Source of the DNA: Clostridia bacterium
GTDB lineage: Bacteria > Bacillota > Clostridia > Oscillospirales > CAG-272
Direction: 5' to 3'
Length of the DNA stretch: 64,000 nucleotides
Assembly: GCA_017450965.1 (NCBI GenBank)
Contig: JAFSSQ010000010.1
Location: forward strand, 6,424 to 70,423
Shown here: positions 1 to 9,862 of the stretch, piece after piece
Position numbering within the stretch: position 1 is the stretch's first letter
Layout of the letters: every line of letters starts with the position of its first letter
Program-made: the position numbers and the translations under genes
The notes under the pieces: model-generated
Databases searched by the model: none
Seen by the model: the letters and a program-made list of their open reading frames with translations, nothing else
Told to the model about the DNA's origin: nothing

Positions 1-1
1 C

Positions 2-559
2 AAGATCCGCTGCCGGAACACGAAGGACTCGGTCGAGTTTCTTCTCGACGGGGCAAAGGTGGATCACTATCTCTCCGTGACGATGGATTTCGTCGTCGCC
101 GGGTGCGATCTGGTCGGCGGCGTGGAAGTTACGGTGCTCGACGATTTCACCGGGATCGACGACGCGCTCGTCAAGGGAAAAACGGTCACGCTGACCGGCG
201 AGCAGGCGCTCCGGTACGTCCGCACGCGCTACGGACTGGAGGACAGCACCAACCTCCGGCGGATGGAGCGGCAGCGGCAGTATATCAACGCCTGGTACGC
301 GAAAGCCGTTTCCCGGATCAAAGAAGACTCGGCCTTTGCGCTTGAGCTGGTCGATACCCTCGGCGATTACGTCGTGTACGATTCTTCCGAACACCGGCTG
401 CAGAAGTTTGCGGAAAAGTTTGACCGGTACGAGTTTCTCGGGATCCGGGAACCGGAAGGCCGGACCGAAGTCGGCGAGGAGTTTCTCGAGTTTTATCCGG
501 ACGAGGAGTCGCTTCGGCAGCTTGTGATCGATCTCTTTTACGAGCCGGCGGGCGCATAA
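2..559 (+). CDS. LCP (LytR-CpsA-Psr) family polysaccharide-peptidoglycan transferase, 5'-truncated by window edge
   Basis: Frame open from position 2. LTGEQALRYVRTRY...RRMERQRQY matches the LCP catalytic-arginine region. Sits at the head of a polysaccharide locus. Confidence 0.9.
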   Translation, partial: KIRCRNTKDSVEFLLDGAKVDHYLSVTMDFVVAGCDLVGGVEVTVLDDFTGIDDALVKGKTVTLTGEQALRYVRTRYGLEDSTNLRRMERQRQYINAWYAKAVSRIKEDSAFALELVDTLGDYVVYDSSEHRLQKFAEKFDRYEFLGIREPEGRTEVGEEFLEFYPDEESLRQLVIDLFYEPAGA

Positions 560-825
560 CGAGTTCCCGCGGATCGCAAGCGTAAACGCAACGGGACGCG
601 CCGGGGCGGAGGACGCCGCGCGGAGAGAAAAAGGCAGGATACGTATTCTCCATAGAGATGATTCCTTTTGAATTGGTGCGTCGGACTCAATTCTGCCAAG
701 AATCTTTCGCTATGGACTCTTTTTTGCTGTTGGAGTTTGATCTGAAACAGCGGCCGGCGGGTTGATCGGTTGGGTCTCCGTCAGCGGGAGCGTTACAGTT
801 CATACGGGTAAAGGATTGCGCAAAT

Positions 826-1971
826 ATGATTAAGATTTGCTTTTGCACGACGGTTCCTTTCACAATCAAGTCGTTTCTTCTCGATTTTGTCGCCTATATC
901 CACGAGGAGAAAGGCTGGGATATCAGTTTTATTTGCGGCGAGGATGACGAGTTCGGAAAAAGCCTCCCCGAATATATCCACTACTATCCCGTAAAGATGC
1001 GGAGAGGAGTCAATCTTGACGGGCTCAGAGCCATTTGTGAGATAAAAAGAATATGCAAACGCGAAAAGTTTGATCTGATCCAGTATTCCACGCCGAACGC
1101 CTCGCTCTACGTTTCGCTTGCAAGCAAGTCCGCCAAAATACCGGTCCGCCTCTATTGTCAGTGGGGATTGGTTTACGTTGGGTTTCACGGGATAAAAAAG
1201 CGGGTATTTAAAGCCATTGAAAAAACGGTGTGCCGATCGTCCACGTGGATCGAACCTGACAGCAGGAGCAATCTGGAGTTTGCACACAAAGAGGGGCTCT
1301 ACCCCGCCGAAAAAGGATCTGTGATATGGAACGGCAGCGCTTGCGGAGTCGATCTGGACAAGTTTGATATTTCGAAAAAAGAAGAATATAGAAAACAGAT
1401 CCGGGAGGCGTATGCCGTTCCGCCCGATGCGTTCGTGTTCGGGTTTGTCGGGCGGATTACGCGCGACAAGGGGATAAACGAACTTCTGGAAGCCTATCGG
1501 AGGATCCGCGCGGAGCACCCAAACACGTATCTGATCATGGTGGGGCGCGAAGAGGAAGACGGTACGATCAACCGGGAGCTTTACGATTGGTCAAAAAACG
1601 ATCCGGGCATCCTCTATACCGGTTATTCAAGTACAGTGGAACAAATGCTTTCCGCGATGGACTGCTACGTCCTGCCAAGCTACAGGGAAGGCTTTGGAAC
1701 GGGAACCATCGAAGCGGAAGCCATGGGGCTCCCCGTCATTGTAACGAACATTCCCGGCTCAAAGGACGCGGTGCTTCCGGGCGAAACGGGACTGCTCGTG
1801 GAGAAGGCCGATACGGACGCATTGTACGACGCCATGAAGCAAATGCTTTTTGAGGCAAAGAAATACAGCGAAAAAGGTTATTCGTTTGTCAAAGAAAACT
1901 TTGAGCGGCAGCAGTTGTTCAAATATTTATTGGAAGATCGAGAGAAACTAATAAATCGGTATTTGCGGTGA
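826..1971 (+). CDS. GT4 glycosyltransferase
   Basis: FVGRITRDKGINELL and LPSYREGFGTGTIEAEAMGLPVI are GT4 C-terminal motifs. Confidence 0.92.
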   Translation: MIKICFCTTVPFTIKSFLLDFVAYIHEEKGWDISFICGEDDEFGKSLPEYIHYYPVKMRRGVNLDGLRAICEIKRICKREKFDLIQYSTPNASLYVSLASKSAKIPVRLYCQWGLVYVGFHGIKKRVFKAIEKTVCRSSTWIEPDSRSNLEFAHKEGLYPAEKGSVIWNGSACGVDLDKFDISKKEEYRKQIREAYAVPPDAFVFGFVGRITRDKGINELLEAYRRIRAEHPNTYLIMVGREEEDGTINRELYDWSKNDPGILYTGYSSTVEQMLSAMDCYVLPSYREGFGTGTIEAEAMGLPVIVTNIPGSKDAVLPGETGLLVEKADTDALYDAMKQMLFEAKKYSEKGYSFVKENFERQQLFKYLLEDREKLINRYLR

Positions 1972-1981
1972 GGAAAAAGTC

Positions 1982-2842
1982 TTGAGAGTTGTTATCCTTG
2001 GCAAACAAAGCTATATCGGTAACCATGTCGGAGACTGGCTTGCTTCGCGGGAAGAAAGCGTGAGTGTGGATTATGTGGATTCTTACACGCAATGGGAGAC
2101 GTATGATTTTTCCGGTGTTGACTCCGTGATCCACGTGGCCGGGATCGTACATCATCCGGAAATAACGGATTGGGACATTTACAGACAAGTCAATGTGGAT
2201 CTGCCCTTGGGTGTAGCGTCCAGGGCAAAAGCGGCCGGGGTACACCAGTTTGTTTTTTTTAGCACTATGGGGGTTTATGGCAGAGGGAAGAGACTAAAAC
2301 CCAACTATATAACAAAAGACGATACTCCAAACAGTAAGACTCCGTATGGAAAAAGCAAGTATATGGCCGAACAAGGGTTGCGGGAGCTTGAAGGCCAAGA
2401 CTTCAAAGTCGTCGTCATTCGGCCGCCTAATGTTTATGGGAAAGGGTGCCCGGGAGGCTATATTTCCGGGTTCATGTCTGTGGTAAAGCGGTTGCCGAGC
2501 ATTCCTGCCTGCTATGAAAATGTAAAACAGAGCATGATTTACATCGACAATCTATGCGAACTGGTGAGATATATCGTTAAGAAAAAGCTGGACGGAGTTT
2601 TTGAACCCCAAGACGAGAATGCCGTAAGTGCTGTTGAATTAATGATGGGAATCGCTTCGGGCATGGGGTTAAAGAGAAAAAAGTCCAGACTGCTTGGGAT
2701 CTGCGTAATGCTTTTCTCGTTTTTGCCGATTGTAAAAAAAGCTTACGGCGGAATAGAATATGAAAAAAACAAATCGGTATTCACCGGTTTCCATTACGTA
2801 GTGACTGCTTTTGATCAGGCAATAAAAAACACGGTTTCTTGA
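1982..2842 (+). CDS. NAD-dependent epimerase/dehydratase (extended SDR)
   Basis: GKQSYIG nucleotide-binding start, FFSTMGVYG, YGKSK (YxxxK), IRPPNVYG. TTG start with upstream GAGG. Confidence 0.88.
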   Translation: MRVVILGKQSYIGNHVGDWLASREESVSVDYVDSYTQWETYDFSGVDSVIHVAGIVHHPEITDWDIYRQVNVDLPLGVASRAKAAGVHQFVFFSTMGVYGRGKRLKPNYITKDDTPNSKTPYGKSKYMAEQGLRELEGQDFKVVVIRPPNVYGKGCPGGYISGFMSVVKRLPSIPACYENVKQSMIYIDNLCELVRYIVKKKLDGVFEPQDENAVSAVELMMGIASGMGLKRKKSRLLGICVMLFSFLPIVKKAYGGIEYEKNKSVFTGFHYVVTAFDQAIKNTVS

Positions 2843-2855
2843 GGGAGAACAAGGC

Positions 2856-3518
2856 ATGAAAATAATGGCGATCGGAGCACATCTTGACGATATTGAGATT
2901 GCGTGCGGAGGAACGCTGGCAAAGGCGCTTCAAGCGGGTCATGAAGTCAAAGTGCTTGTCATGAGCAAATCCGGATACACAAACAAAGAAGGAATTGTTC
3001 AACGGCCTGATGAACTTGCCGTGAAAGAAGGATTGGAAGCGCTTCAAACATTAGGTGTGTCAGACATTGAGATTCTTGATTTCCCGACAAAAGACATTCC
3101 GTTTTGCTCTGAGGTGGTAAATGCCATAGATGTACGGATGGCGAAGTTTAACCCAGACGTTATTTTTACTCATCATCCGTTTGATACTCATCAGGCGCAT
3201 GAAGGTGTGGCAAAGGCAACGATTGCGGCGGCACGAAGAAAGAACACCGTGTTTTTTTACGAACCGATTACTCCTTCCGGGCGTTCCTATGTTCCCTTTA
3301 AACCGTCGCTATACGTAGATATAGAATCCACGCTTGATAAAAAAATAGAATCTTTGAAGTGCCACAAGAGCGAGTACAATAAGTTTGGAGCCGAAGATTG
3401 GATCGAAGGTGTTCGGTGCCGTTGCGGATTCCGCGGATATGAAATCGGGAAGAAGTTTGCTGAAGCGTTTGAAATTCTGCGACTTGAATTGAGCTTTGAA
3501 AAAAGAGCGTTGATATGA
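2856..3518 (+). CDS. PIG-L/LmbE family de-N-acetylase
   Basis: GAHLDDIEIACGGTL and THHPFDTHQAH metal-binding motifs; SLKCHKSE; AEAF. Confidence 0.9.
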   Translation: MKIMAIGAHLDDIEIACGGTLAKALQAGHEVKVLVMSKSGYTNKEGIVQRPDELAVKEGLEALQTLGVSDIEILDFPTKDIPFCSEVVNAIDVRMAKFNPDVIFTHHPFDTHQAHEGVAKATIAAARRKNTVFFYEPITPSGRSYVPFKPSLYVDIESTLDKKIESLKCHKSEYNKFGAEDWIEGVRCRCGFRGYEIGKKFAEAFEILRLELSFEKRALI

Positions 3519-4741
3519 TAGATTTTCGCCGCCAAGATATACGTAAGCTTGAAACCGAGTTTGGTATTCCGTTATATGTATTTGACGAAGCTGCTTTTAT
3601 CCATAACTATTTCAAGCTTGAAACGGCTCTTAGACAATACTATCCGAAATACCGGGTATCATACTCCTTTAAAACGAACTATACTCCATATATGTGTTCC
3701 GTTGTAAACAGACTGGGCGGTTATGCCGAAGTGGTTTCGGGGATGGAATACGATATTGCCAAGAGAGTTGGATTCGCAGCCGAAAAGATAATCTTTAATG
3801 GTCCGAACAAGGGGGAAGACGGGGTTAAAGCGCTGCTGGATGGTTGCATTGTCAACGTTGATAATTTTGACGAGTTGGATTTGGTATGCCGGATAGTTAA
3901 TGAGCATCCGGAGACAAAGTTTGAGATCGGCTTGCGTGTTAATATTGACGTCGGTCAGACTTTTATTTCGCGCTTCGGTATGGATACCACGGAATTGGAT
4001 AGAGCTTTTGAGATTGTGGATCATGTTGATAATCTGGAGGTTGTCGGTCTCCACTGCCATATCAGCCGTTGCAGAGGTGTAGACGTGTGGCGGGAGCGCA
4101 CAAGGGTAATGTTGGAGCTGTCAGATCGTTATTTTTCAAACAGGCAACCGAAATATATTGACTTAGGAAGCGGAATGTTCGGGGAAATGGACGCTGAGCT
4201 GAAAGCGCAGTTCGGCGTAGTTCCTTCTTATGATGATTATGCAGAAGCGACAACAAAACAGATGGCAGAGCATTATAGCAGGTATACCGATCATCAGAAG
4301 CCCGTTTTGTTCACGGAGCCCGGAACAACGCTTATCAACAAGTACGTTGATTTCATAGGAAGGGTAGACGCTATTAAATCGATCAAAGGAAAGACTTTTG
4401 CCATACTGAATTGCAGCGAGCACAATTTAGGCGAGACTTGCACCCTTAAAAAGTTGCCCGTGAAGGTCGTGCATTCCGGACCGCGCTCAAAATATTACAA
4501 AGACGTTGATTTGGTCGGTTATACTTGCCTTGAGCAAGATGTTATGTATGCAGAATACAGCGGATATCTTGCGCCCGGAGATTATGTGCAGTTTGGTAAT
4601 GTGGGCGGTTACTCCAATGTTTACAAGCCGCCGTTTATATGGCCGAACTGTGCAATGGTAGTTAAGAAAGAGACCGGAGAGTATCAGGTAATAAAACGCA
4701 AAGAATCATATGCTGATATTCTTCACACATATGCGTTTTAA
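3515..4741 (+). CDS. PLP-dependent group IV (diaminopimelate/ornithine decarboxylase-like) decarboxylase
   Basis: YSFKTN (PLP lysine), FNGPNK, GLHCH, DLGSG, EPG, GYTCLEQD, GGYS. ATGA overlap with the PIG-L gene. Confidence 0.85.
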   Translation: MIDFRRQDIRKLETEFGIPLYVFDEAAFIHNYFKLETALRQYYPKYRVSYSFKTNYTPYMCSVVNRLGGYAEVVSGMEYDIAKRVGFAAEKIIFNGPNKGEDGVKALLDGCIVNVDNFDELDLVCRIVNEHPETKFEIGLRVNIDVGQTFISRFGMDTTELDRAFEIVDHVDNLEVVGLHCHISRCRGVDVWRERTRVMLELSDRYFSNRQPKYIDLGSGMFGEMDAELKAQFGVVPSYDDYAEATTKQMAEHYSRYTDHQKPVLFTEPGTTLINKYVDFIGRVDAIKSIKGKTFAILNCSEHNLGETCTLKKLPVKVVHSGPRSKYYKDVDLVGYTCLEQDVMYAEYSGYLAPGDYVQFGNVGGYSNVYKPPFIWPNCAMVVKKETGEYQVIKRKESYADILHTYAF

Positions 4742-4755
4742 GCGAGATTAGGAAG

Positions 4756-5796
4756 ATGGAACAGCTCAGAGATATAACGGTGATGATTACAGCTGCGGGC
4801 AACGTGTTTATGCCGGGAACAACCGCGTGCCTTACAGAGAACGGGGAGAGAAATCTTCGATTGATCGGTGTGGATATGAATCATGATCCCAGCATATTAC
4901 AGATGTGTGATACGTATTATCCCGTACCGCGCGGAGATGATCCGGGTTATATCGATACACTTTTCAATATCTGTGAAAAAGAGCATGTTGAGATTGTTTT
5001 GCCTATTATGACAATCGAGCTGAATGCTTTAGCTAGAAACAGAGCAGGATTTGAAGCAATCGGAACAAAGCTTTCTGTCTCGGATACAGCGGCCCTTGAA
5101 ATTGCAAATGATAAAATCAAGTTATTTGATTTTATGGTTCAGCACGGAATCCGTTGCGCAGATTACAAGAGCGTTCACAATATGGAAACGTTTGAGAAAG
5201 CGGTAAAGGAGCTCGGATATCCTTATAAACGTATCTGTGTAAAGGCAACGAACGGGAGCGGAAGCAGAGGATTCCGGATCATAGATGAAACGCGAACTCG
5301 CTTTCATGCGTATATGCATGAGAAACCGAGTTCGTGTTATATCAGACTGTCCGAGATGGAGGAGATACTGGCGGAAGCCGACGAGTTTCCCGAATTGATG
5401 ATAATGGAGTACCTTCCCGGAAACGAGTATACCGTAGATTTGTTGGCGGATAAAGGAAAGGTATTATACTGTTGCTGTAGAAAAAGTCTTGGTATGGATA
5501 ATGGCATCATGCTGAACAGCGAGGTCGTTGAGAACAATGCTGTCGAAGCGTTATGCAGGGAAGTAACCGAGGAATTGAAACTTGAGGGGAATATCGGATT
5601 TGACGTTTTAGAAAGAGAAGACGGCACTCCCTTTATAGTCGAATGTAATCCCAGACTTACAGCGGGAATCCCCGTGTTCAGAATGGCAGGAGTAAATCTG
5701 CCGTATTTGAATGTAAAAAGACTGTTGGGAGAAAAGCTCCCGGATTGCAAGCCAGAGGTTGGTAAGATTGTAAGGCGACGCTGGCTTGAAATGTGA
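4756..5796 (+). CDS. ATP-grasp domain protein (carbamoyl-phosphate synthase-like)
   Basis: ANDKIKL, VKATNGSGSRG, MEYLPGNEYTVD, FIVECNPRLTAG. Confidence 0.88.
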   Translation: MEQLRDITVMITAAGNVFMPGTTACLTENGERNLRLIGVDMNHDPSILQMCDTYYPVPRGDDPGYIDTLFNICEKEHVEIVLPIMTIELNALARNRAGFEAIGTKLSVSDTAALEIANDKIKLFDFMVQHGIRCADYKSVHNMETFEKAVKELGYPYKRICVKATNGSGSRGFRIIDETRTRFHAYMHEKPSSCYIRLSEMEEILAEADEFPELMIMEYLPGNEYTVDLLADKGKVLYCCCRKSLGMDNGIMLNSEVVENNAVEALCREVTEELKLEGNIGFDVLEREDGTPFIVECNPRLTAGIPVFRMAGVNLPYLNVKRLLGEKLPDCKPEVGKIVRRRWLEM

Positions 5797-5850
5797 TGAA
5801 GAGAGTTTTTTCTTAAGCGTTTCGTATGATTTTTGTATAGGATGGGAGCA

Positions 5851-6747
5851 ATGGACAATAAACTGGTTACCGTATTTACTCCTACATATAACCGCGCTGA
5901 CATTATTCACAGATGCTATGAAAGTCTGTGCAATCAAACTACGTTTAATTTCAAATGGTTGATCGTAGATGACGGGTCATCGGACGTCACGCGTGACATT
6001 GTTAAGCAATGGATAAAAAGAGATAACAAATTTGAGATTACATATATTTACAAAAAGAACGGAGGACTGCATACAGCCTATAATACAGCGCTTGAAGCGG
6101 CGGATTGTGAGTTGTTTGTTTGCTTTGAGTCAGACGATATCTTCGCTCCGGATGCCATGGAAAAAATAGAGAAGATCTGGGGAAAAATAAAGGAAAAAGG
6201 ATACGTGGGATTTATTACTTTATGTAAGGATATGTCGGGAAAACTAATCGGAACGAAGTATCCGGATGATCTTGAATGCGTATATTTTTGGAAGCATAGA
6301 CGAATTGCGCCGGGCGATAAACAGTATGTTTTTAAAACAGAGTTAATAAAAAAAGTATTTCCCATGCCTGTATATGAAGGAGAGAAGTTTTTTGATCCGG
6401 TATACAGTTTCTACGCTCTGGATCAATATGGGCCATTAGGTGTGACAAACGAGTCTTTTGATATAGTTGATTATCAAAAGGGAGGATTAACAGATACTGT
6501 TATGTATCACTACTGTAATAGTCCTAACAGTTTTGCAGAGTTTAGGAAGATGTATATGCAACTTCCCGAATCTTCCTTTGGTTATTTAATTCGGCAGAAC
6601 ATTCATTATGTATCGTCGTGCTTCTTGGCACGTCATAAACTTACAACAGCGATAGCGGATTCCCCCCGAAAAGCGTATACGATTTTATCTATCGTTCCGG
6701 GTATACTGTTTGCCATTTATATAAAAGTTTTTTATAATAAGTTGTAG
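5851..6747 (+). CDS. GT2 glycosyltransferase
   Basis: VFTPTYNRA, WLIVDDGSSD, KKNGGLHTAYN, FESDD. ATG 5851 chosen because GGAG precedes it. Confidence 0.9.
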   Translation: MDNKLVTVFTPTYNRADIIHRCYESLCNQTTFNFKWLIVDDGSSDVTRDIVKQWIKRDNKFEITYIYKKNGGLHTAYNTALEAADCELFVCFESDDIFAPDAMEKIEKIWGKIKEKGYVGFITLCKDMSGKLIGTKYPDDLECVYFWKHRRIAPGDKQYVFKTELIKKVFPMPVYEGEKFFDPVYSFYALDQYGPLGVTNESFDIVDYQKGGLTDTVMYHYCNSPNSFAEFRKMYMQLPESSFGYLIRQNIHYVSSCFLARHKLTTAIADSPRKAYTILSIVPGILFAIYIKVFYNKL

Positions 6748-6842
6748 AGAGAATATGCGTTTTTTATCATGCTGTTAACGATTGCTCCAAAACGCTTTTT
6801 GATTTGAACAGTTTTTATAAACTATCCACTCAAGGTAAGGAT

Positions 6843-7562
6843 ATGATACCGAAAATCATTCACTACTGCTGGTTCGGCGGAAATCCGCTGCCGAAGTCGG
6901 CGCGCAAGTGTATTGAAAGCTGGAAAAAGTTTTTCCCGGACTTTGAGATCCGGGAATGGAACGAATCCAACTACGACGTAAAAAAAATACCGTACGTCGC
7001 CGAGGCCTATGAAGCAAAAAAATACGCTTTTGTCAGCGATTACGCCCGCTTTGATATTCTCTGTCAGTATGGCGGCGTTTACTTTGATACCGACGTAGAG
7101 GTGATCCGCCCCTTTGACGATATTCTGGAGAGGGGCGCCTTTATGGGGTGTGAAACGGACGGAGAGGACGTAAATCCCGGGCTTGGTATAGCCGCTCCTC
7201 CCGGGCTCGGCATCTATCGGGAAATCCTGGATTATTACGCGACGCAGCATTTTCAAGACGCGGACGGCTCGCTCAATACGGAGACCGTGGTAACAAAGAC
7301 GACAAGGATCTTAAAAGAACACGGATGGCAAAACGGCCCGGGGATCCAGCGCGTTTCGGAAATCAGCGTGTACCCCAAAGCGTATTTCAACCCGATGGAT
7401 AACAACACGGGGAAGATGCGGATCACGGAACAGACGCATTCCATCCACTGGTATTCGATGTCCTGGATGCCGAAAAGACAGGTCCTGATCCGGGGCGTCA
7501 CGCGGGTGTTTCACCGTTTGTTCGGAGTGGATTGTTTTCGCTTCTTAAAAAAGAACGGATGA
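6843..7562 (+). CDS. GT32 (DXD, OCH1-like) glycosyltransferase
   Basis: MIPKIIHYCWFGG, AFVSDYARF, GGVYFDTDVE. ATG 6843 after AAGG. Confidence 0.92.
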   Translation: MIPKIIHYCWFGGNPLPKSARKCIESWKKFFPDFEIREWNESNYDVKKIPYVAEAYEAKKYAFVSDYARFDILCQYGGVYFDTDVEVIRPFDDILERGAFMGCETDGEDVNPGLGIAAPPGLGIYREILDYYATQHFQDADGSLNTETVVTKTTRILKEHGWQNGPGIQRVSEISVYPKAYFNPMDNNTGKMRITEQTHSIHWYSMSWMPKRQVLIRGVTRVFHRLFGVDCFRFLKKNG

Positions 7563-7575
7563 AAGGGACGGGGCT

Positions 7576-8439
7576 ATGATCACCGTTTTTACGCCGACGT
7601 ATAACAGAGCCGACAAGTTGGAACGGCTGTTTTCAAGTTTAATGAAACAGTCGGATCCGGATTTTGAATGGTTGGTGATCGACGACGGATCGGCGGATCA
7701 TACCGAACAGCTGATAACCCGCCTGTCAAAGGGAGCCCATTTTCCGGTCCGGTATTACCGGCAGGAAAACGGCGGAAAGCACCGCGCGTACAACCGGGCG
7801 CTGGAGATCGCTGCCGGAGAATGGTTTTTCTGTGTGGATTCGGACGACCGGCTTGCCGGGAACGCCCTGAAAACGCTGCGCGCCTATCTGGAAAACTGTG
7901 ATGCGCAGATCGTCGCCGCGTACAAGTCCGATGCAAACGGAACGATGCTGAGCGGCGCGTTTCCTTCCGGCGTACGGCGCGGATCCCTCTACGATCTGGA
8001 GCATCGCTGCCGCTGTACGGGTGAGTTTACCCTCGTTTTTCAAACCGCCTATGCGTCGCGTTTCCCCTTTCCGACGTTTGAAGGCGAGAGATTTATGACG
8101 GAGTCCGTCGTTTACGACAGAATGGCGAAGGACGAAACGGCAGGATTTCTCCCGGCGGTCATAACGGTCTGCGAGTATCAGGCGGACGGATTAACGGGAA
8201 ACATCCAAAAAAGCATGAAGGAAAACCCCGCCGGTTTTTGCCTTTATTTCATGCAAAGGATCGACTTGCAGGAAACCGGCCTGAAACGGTGGATCACAGC
8301 GGGAAAGTATCACGCTTTCCGTTTCTTTGCGGGCGCCCAAAAAAGCGTTTACAAAGGAACGCATACGGTACCGGTATTATTAGCGAAACCGCTCGGAGTG
8401 GTATTCCGGTTTTATTATCGATTCTTCAGAGGGTTTTGA
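7576..8439 (+). CDS. GT2 glycosyltransferase
   Basis: VFTPTYNRA, VIDDGSAD, ENGGKHRAYN, CVDSDD. Same subfamily as 5851-6747. Confidence 0.9.
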   Translation: MITVFTPTYNRADKLERLFSSLMKQSDPDFEWLVIDDGSADHTEQLITRLSKGAHFPVRYYRQENGGKHRAYNRALEIAAGEWFFCVDSDDRLAGNALKTLRAYLENCDAQIVAAYKSDANGTMLSGAFPSGVRRGSLYDLEHRCRCTGEFTLVFQTAYASRFPFPTFEGERFMTESVVYDRMAKDETAGFLPAVITVCEYQADGLTGNIQKSMKENPAGFCLYFMQRIDLQETGLKRWITAGKYHAFRFFAGAQKSVYKGTHTVPVLLAKPLGVVFRFYYRFFRGF

Positions 8440-8452
8440 TGGAGATTGTTCT

Positions 8453-9598
8453 ATGCGGAAATGGGTGAATACTGCCATTGTCGGCATGTTCTGGCTGCTG
8501 AGTCTGGTGAAAGCAACGGGATTTGACGACGCTCACCGTATCACCGATCGCGCCCGTATCGTTCTGCTTCTGATCACCGCGGCGGTGATCGTGCTGGAGT
8601 CAAAGGCAAACCACGGCGTCACGGTGAAAAAAAACGACTGTTTCTTGTTCGGCGGGATGGCGCTCGTTTTTCTGGCAAGCTCGTTTCTGAACGGAAAAGG
8701 AGCGCAGCCGCTTGAGTATCTTTATGCGTTTCTGGTCGTTTTTTTGATTTCCAGGCTTCGGCTCGACGAATCCGACTTTGAGCGAATCGGCTTTTGTTTC
8801 GGGCTGGCCGGATTTGCCGTGCTGTACATTTACAAACAAACGACGCTGCTCGACGGCTGGAACGAGAACTCCATCGCGATGATCGGTTTGTTCAGCTATC
8901 TCGTCTTTCTGATCCCGCTGTTTCGCGTCCGGGAGAAGAAGACGAAGGCGCTTATCGCTTTTACGGCGATCGCTTTTTCATATTTTATCAACTACACGGG
9001 ATCCAGATCGTGTATTGTTTTTCTGGCGATCGCGCTCCTCTTTGCCATCGGTCTTCTCGATCGGAAAATCCTTTACAGAGGGAGCGGTTTCATCTATATC
9101 ATTTTGCTCGCTCCGCTGTTCGTTGCCGTTTTTTTTGTGCTGATTCCTTCCGCAGATGTCTTCCGGAAGCTGGATATGTGGAGCATCGTTCGTTCCGGAA
9201 AAACGTTTTTGAACGGACGGAACATATTATGGCAATACGGGTTCCGGATTTTTTTCAAGGATCCGTGGCTGGGCTGCGGAAACTTGATGAGAGCAAACTG
9301 GCACAACAGCGCCGTTTGCGTTTTGACGGCGTACGGCGCGCTGGGATACTATTTCTGGATCCAATCCTTCCATACCCTGCTCGGGAAGGCAAGGCCTTTT
9401 TGGGACGACTATTTAATCCAGGGATGTATATGCGGTTTTATGGTCATCTACCTTCAGCAATCCGTTGAACTGGGGCTCGTATCCACAGCGCCCGATCTGA
9501 TCCCGTATATAATTCTGGGAATGATGTTCGGAAGGATCAATTATATCCGAAGCACAAGGAGTTATTCTAACGATGTGGTATGCTTGATTAAGGAATGA
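8453..9598 (+). CDS. wzy: Wzy-type polysaccharide polymerase
   Basis: Polytopic membrane protein with N-x-N-x-x-A, SRS, NGRNILW, PWLGCG and HNS motifs, inside a Wzx-containing locus. Confidence 0.8.
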   Translation: MRKWVNTAIVGMFWLLSLVKATGFDDAHRITDRARIVLLLITAAVIVLESKANHGVTVKKNDCFLFGGMALVFLASSFLNGKGAQPLEYLYAFLVVFLISRLRLDESDFERIGFCFGLAGFAVLYIYKQTTLLDGWNENSIAMIGLFSYLVFLIPLFRVREKKTKALIAFTAIAFSYFINYTGSRSCIVFLAIALLFAIGLLDRKILYRGSGFIYIILLAPLFVAVFFVLIPSADVFRKLDMWSIVRSGKTFLNGRNILWQYGFRIFFKDPWLGCGNLMRANWHNSAVCVLTAYGALGYYFWIQSFHTLLGKARPFWDDYLIQGCICGFMVIYLQQSVELGLVSTAPDLIPYIILGMMFGRINYIRSTRSYSNDVVCLIKE

Positions 9599-9862
9599 AG
9601 GTTTTTTTGAATCTGTTTTGAAAAACGCGGTTTTTTGTTGTCGCTTTTCAAAAAGAGAAATCAGTGTGAAATCGGTAAACGGATTAAGTTGCGCCGATTG
9701 ATATGCTGCCTTGCGGATGAAGAACTGAGAACAGGGAAGAATTTCTCCCGTTCTGCGCCATAGTTTGCCTTTTTCAAGTATATTATATCAGAAAGCGGAA
9801 AAATTTGCGGCTTTCGTTTTCGTTTTTATTTGCGCCGGCACCGCACCGTCGAGTGGATTGAT

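Noticed and set aside
560-825. Possible riboswitch, ncRNA or antiterminator leader before the polysaccharide genes (also 9599-9862)
   Set aside because: No recognisable aptamer, ops-like element or well-spaced promoter could be supported by eye. An Rfam search would be needed.
3515-4741. Housekeeping lysA
   Set aside because: Divergent substrate motifs and location inside a polysaccharide cassette.
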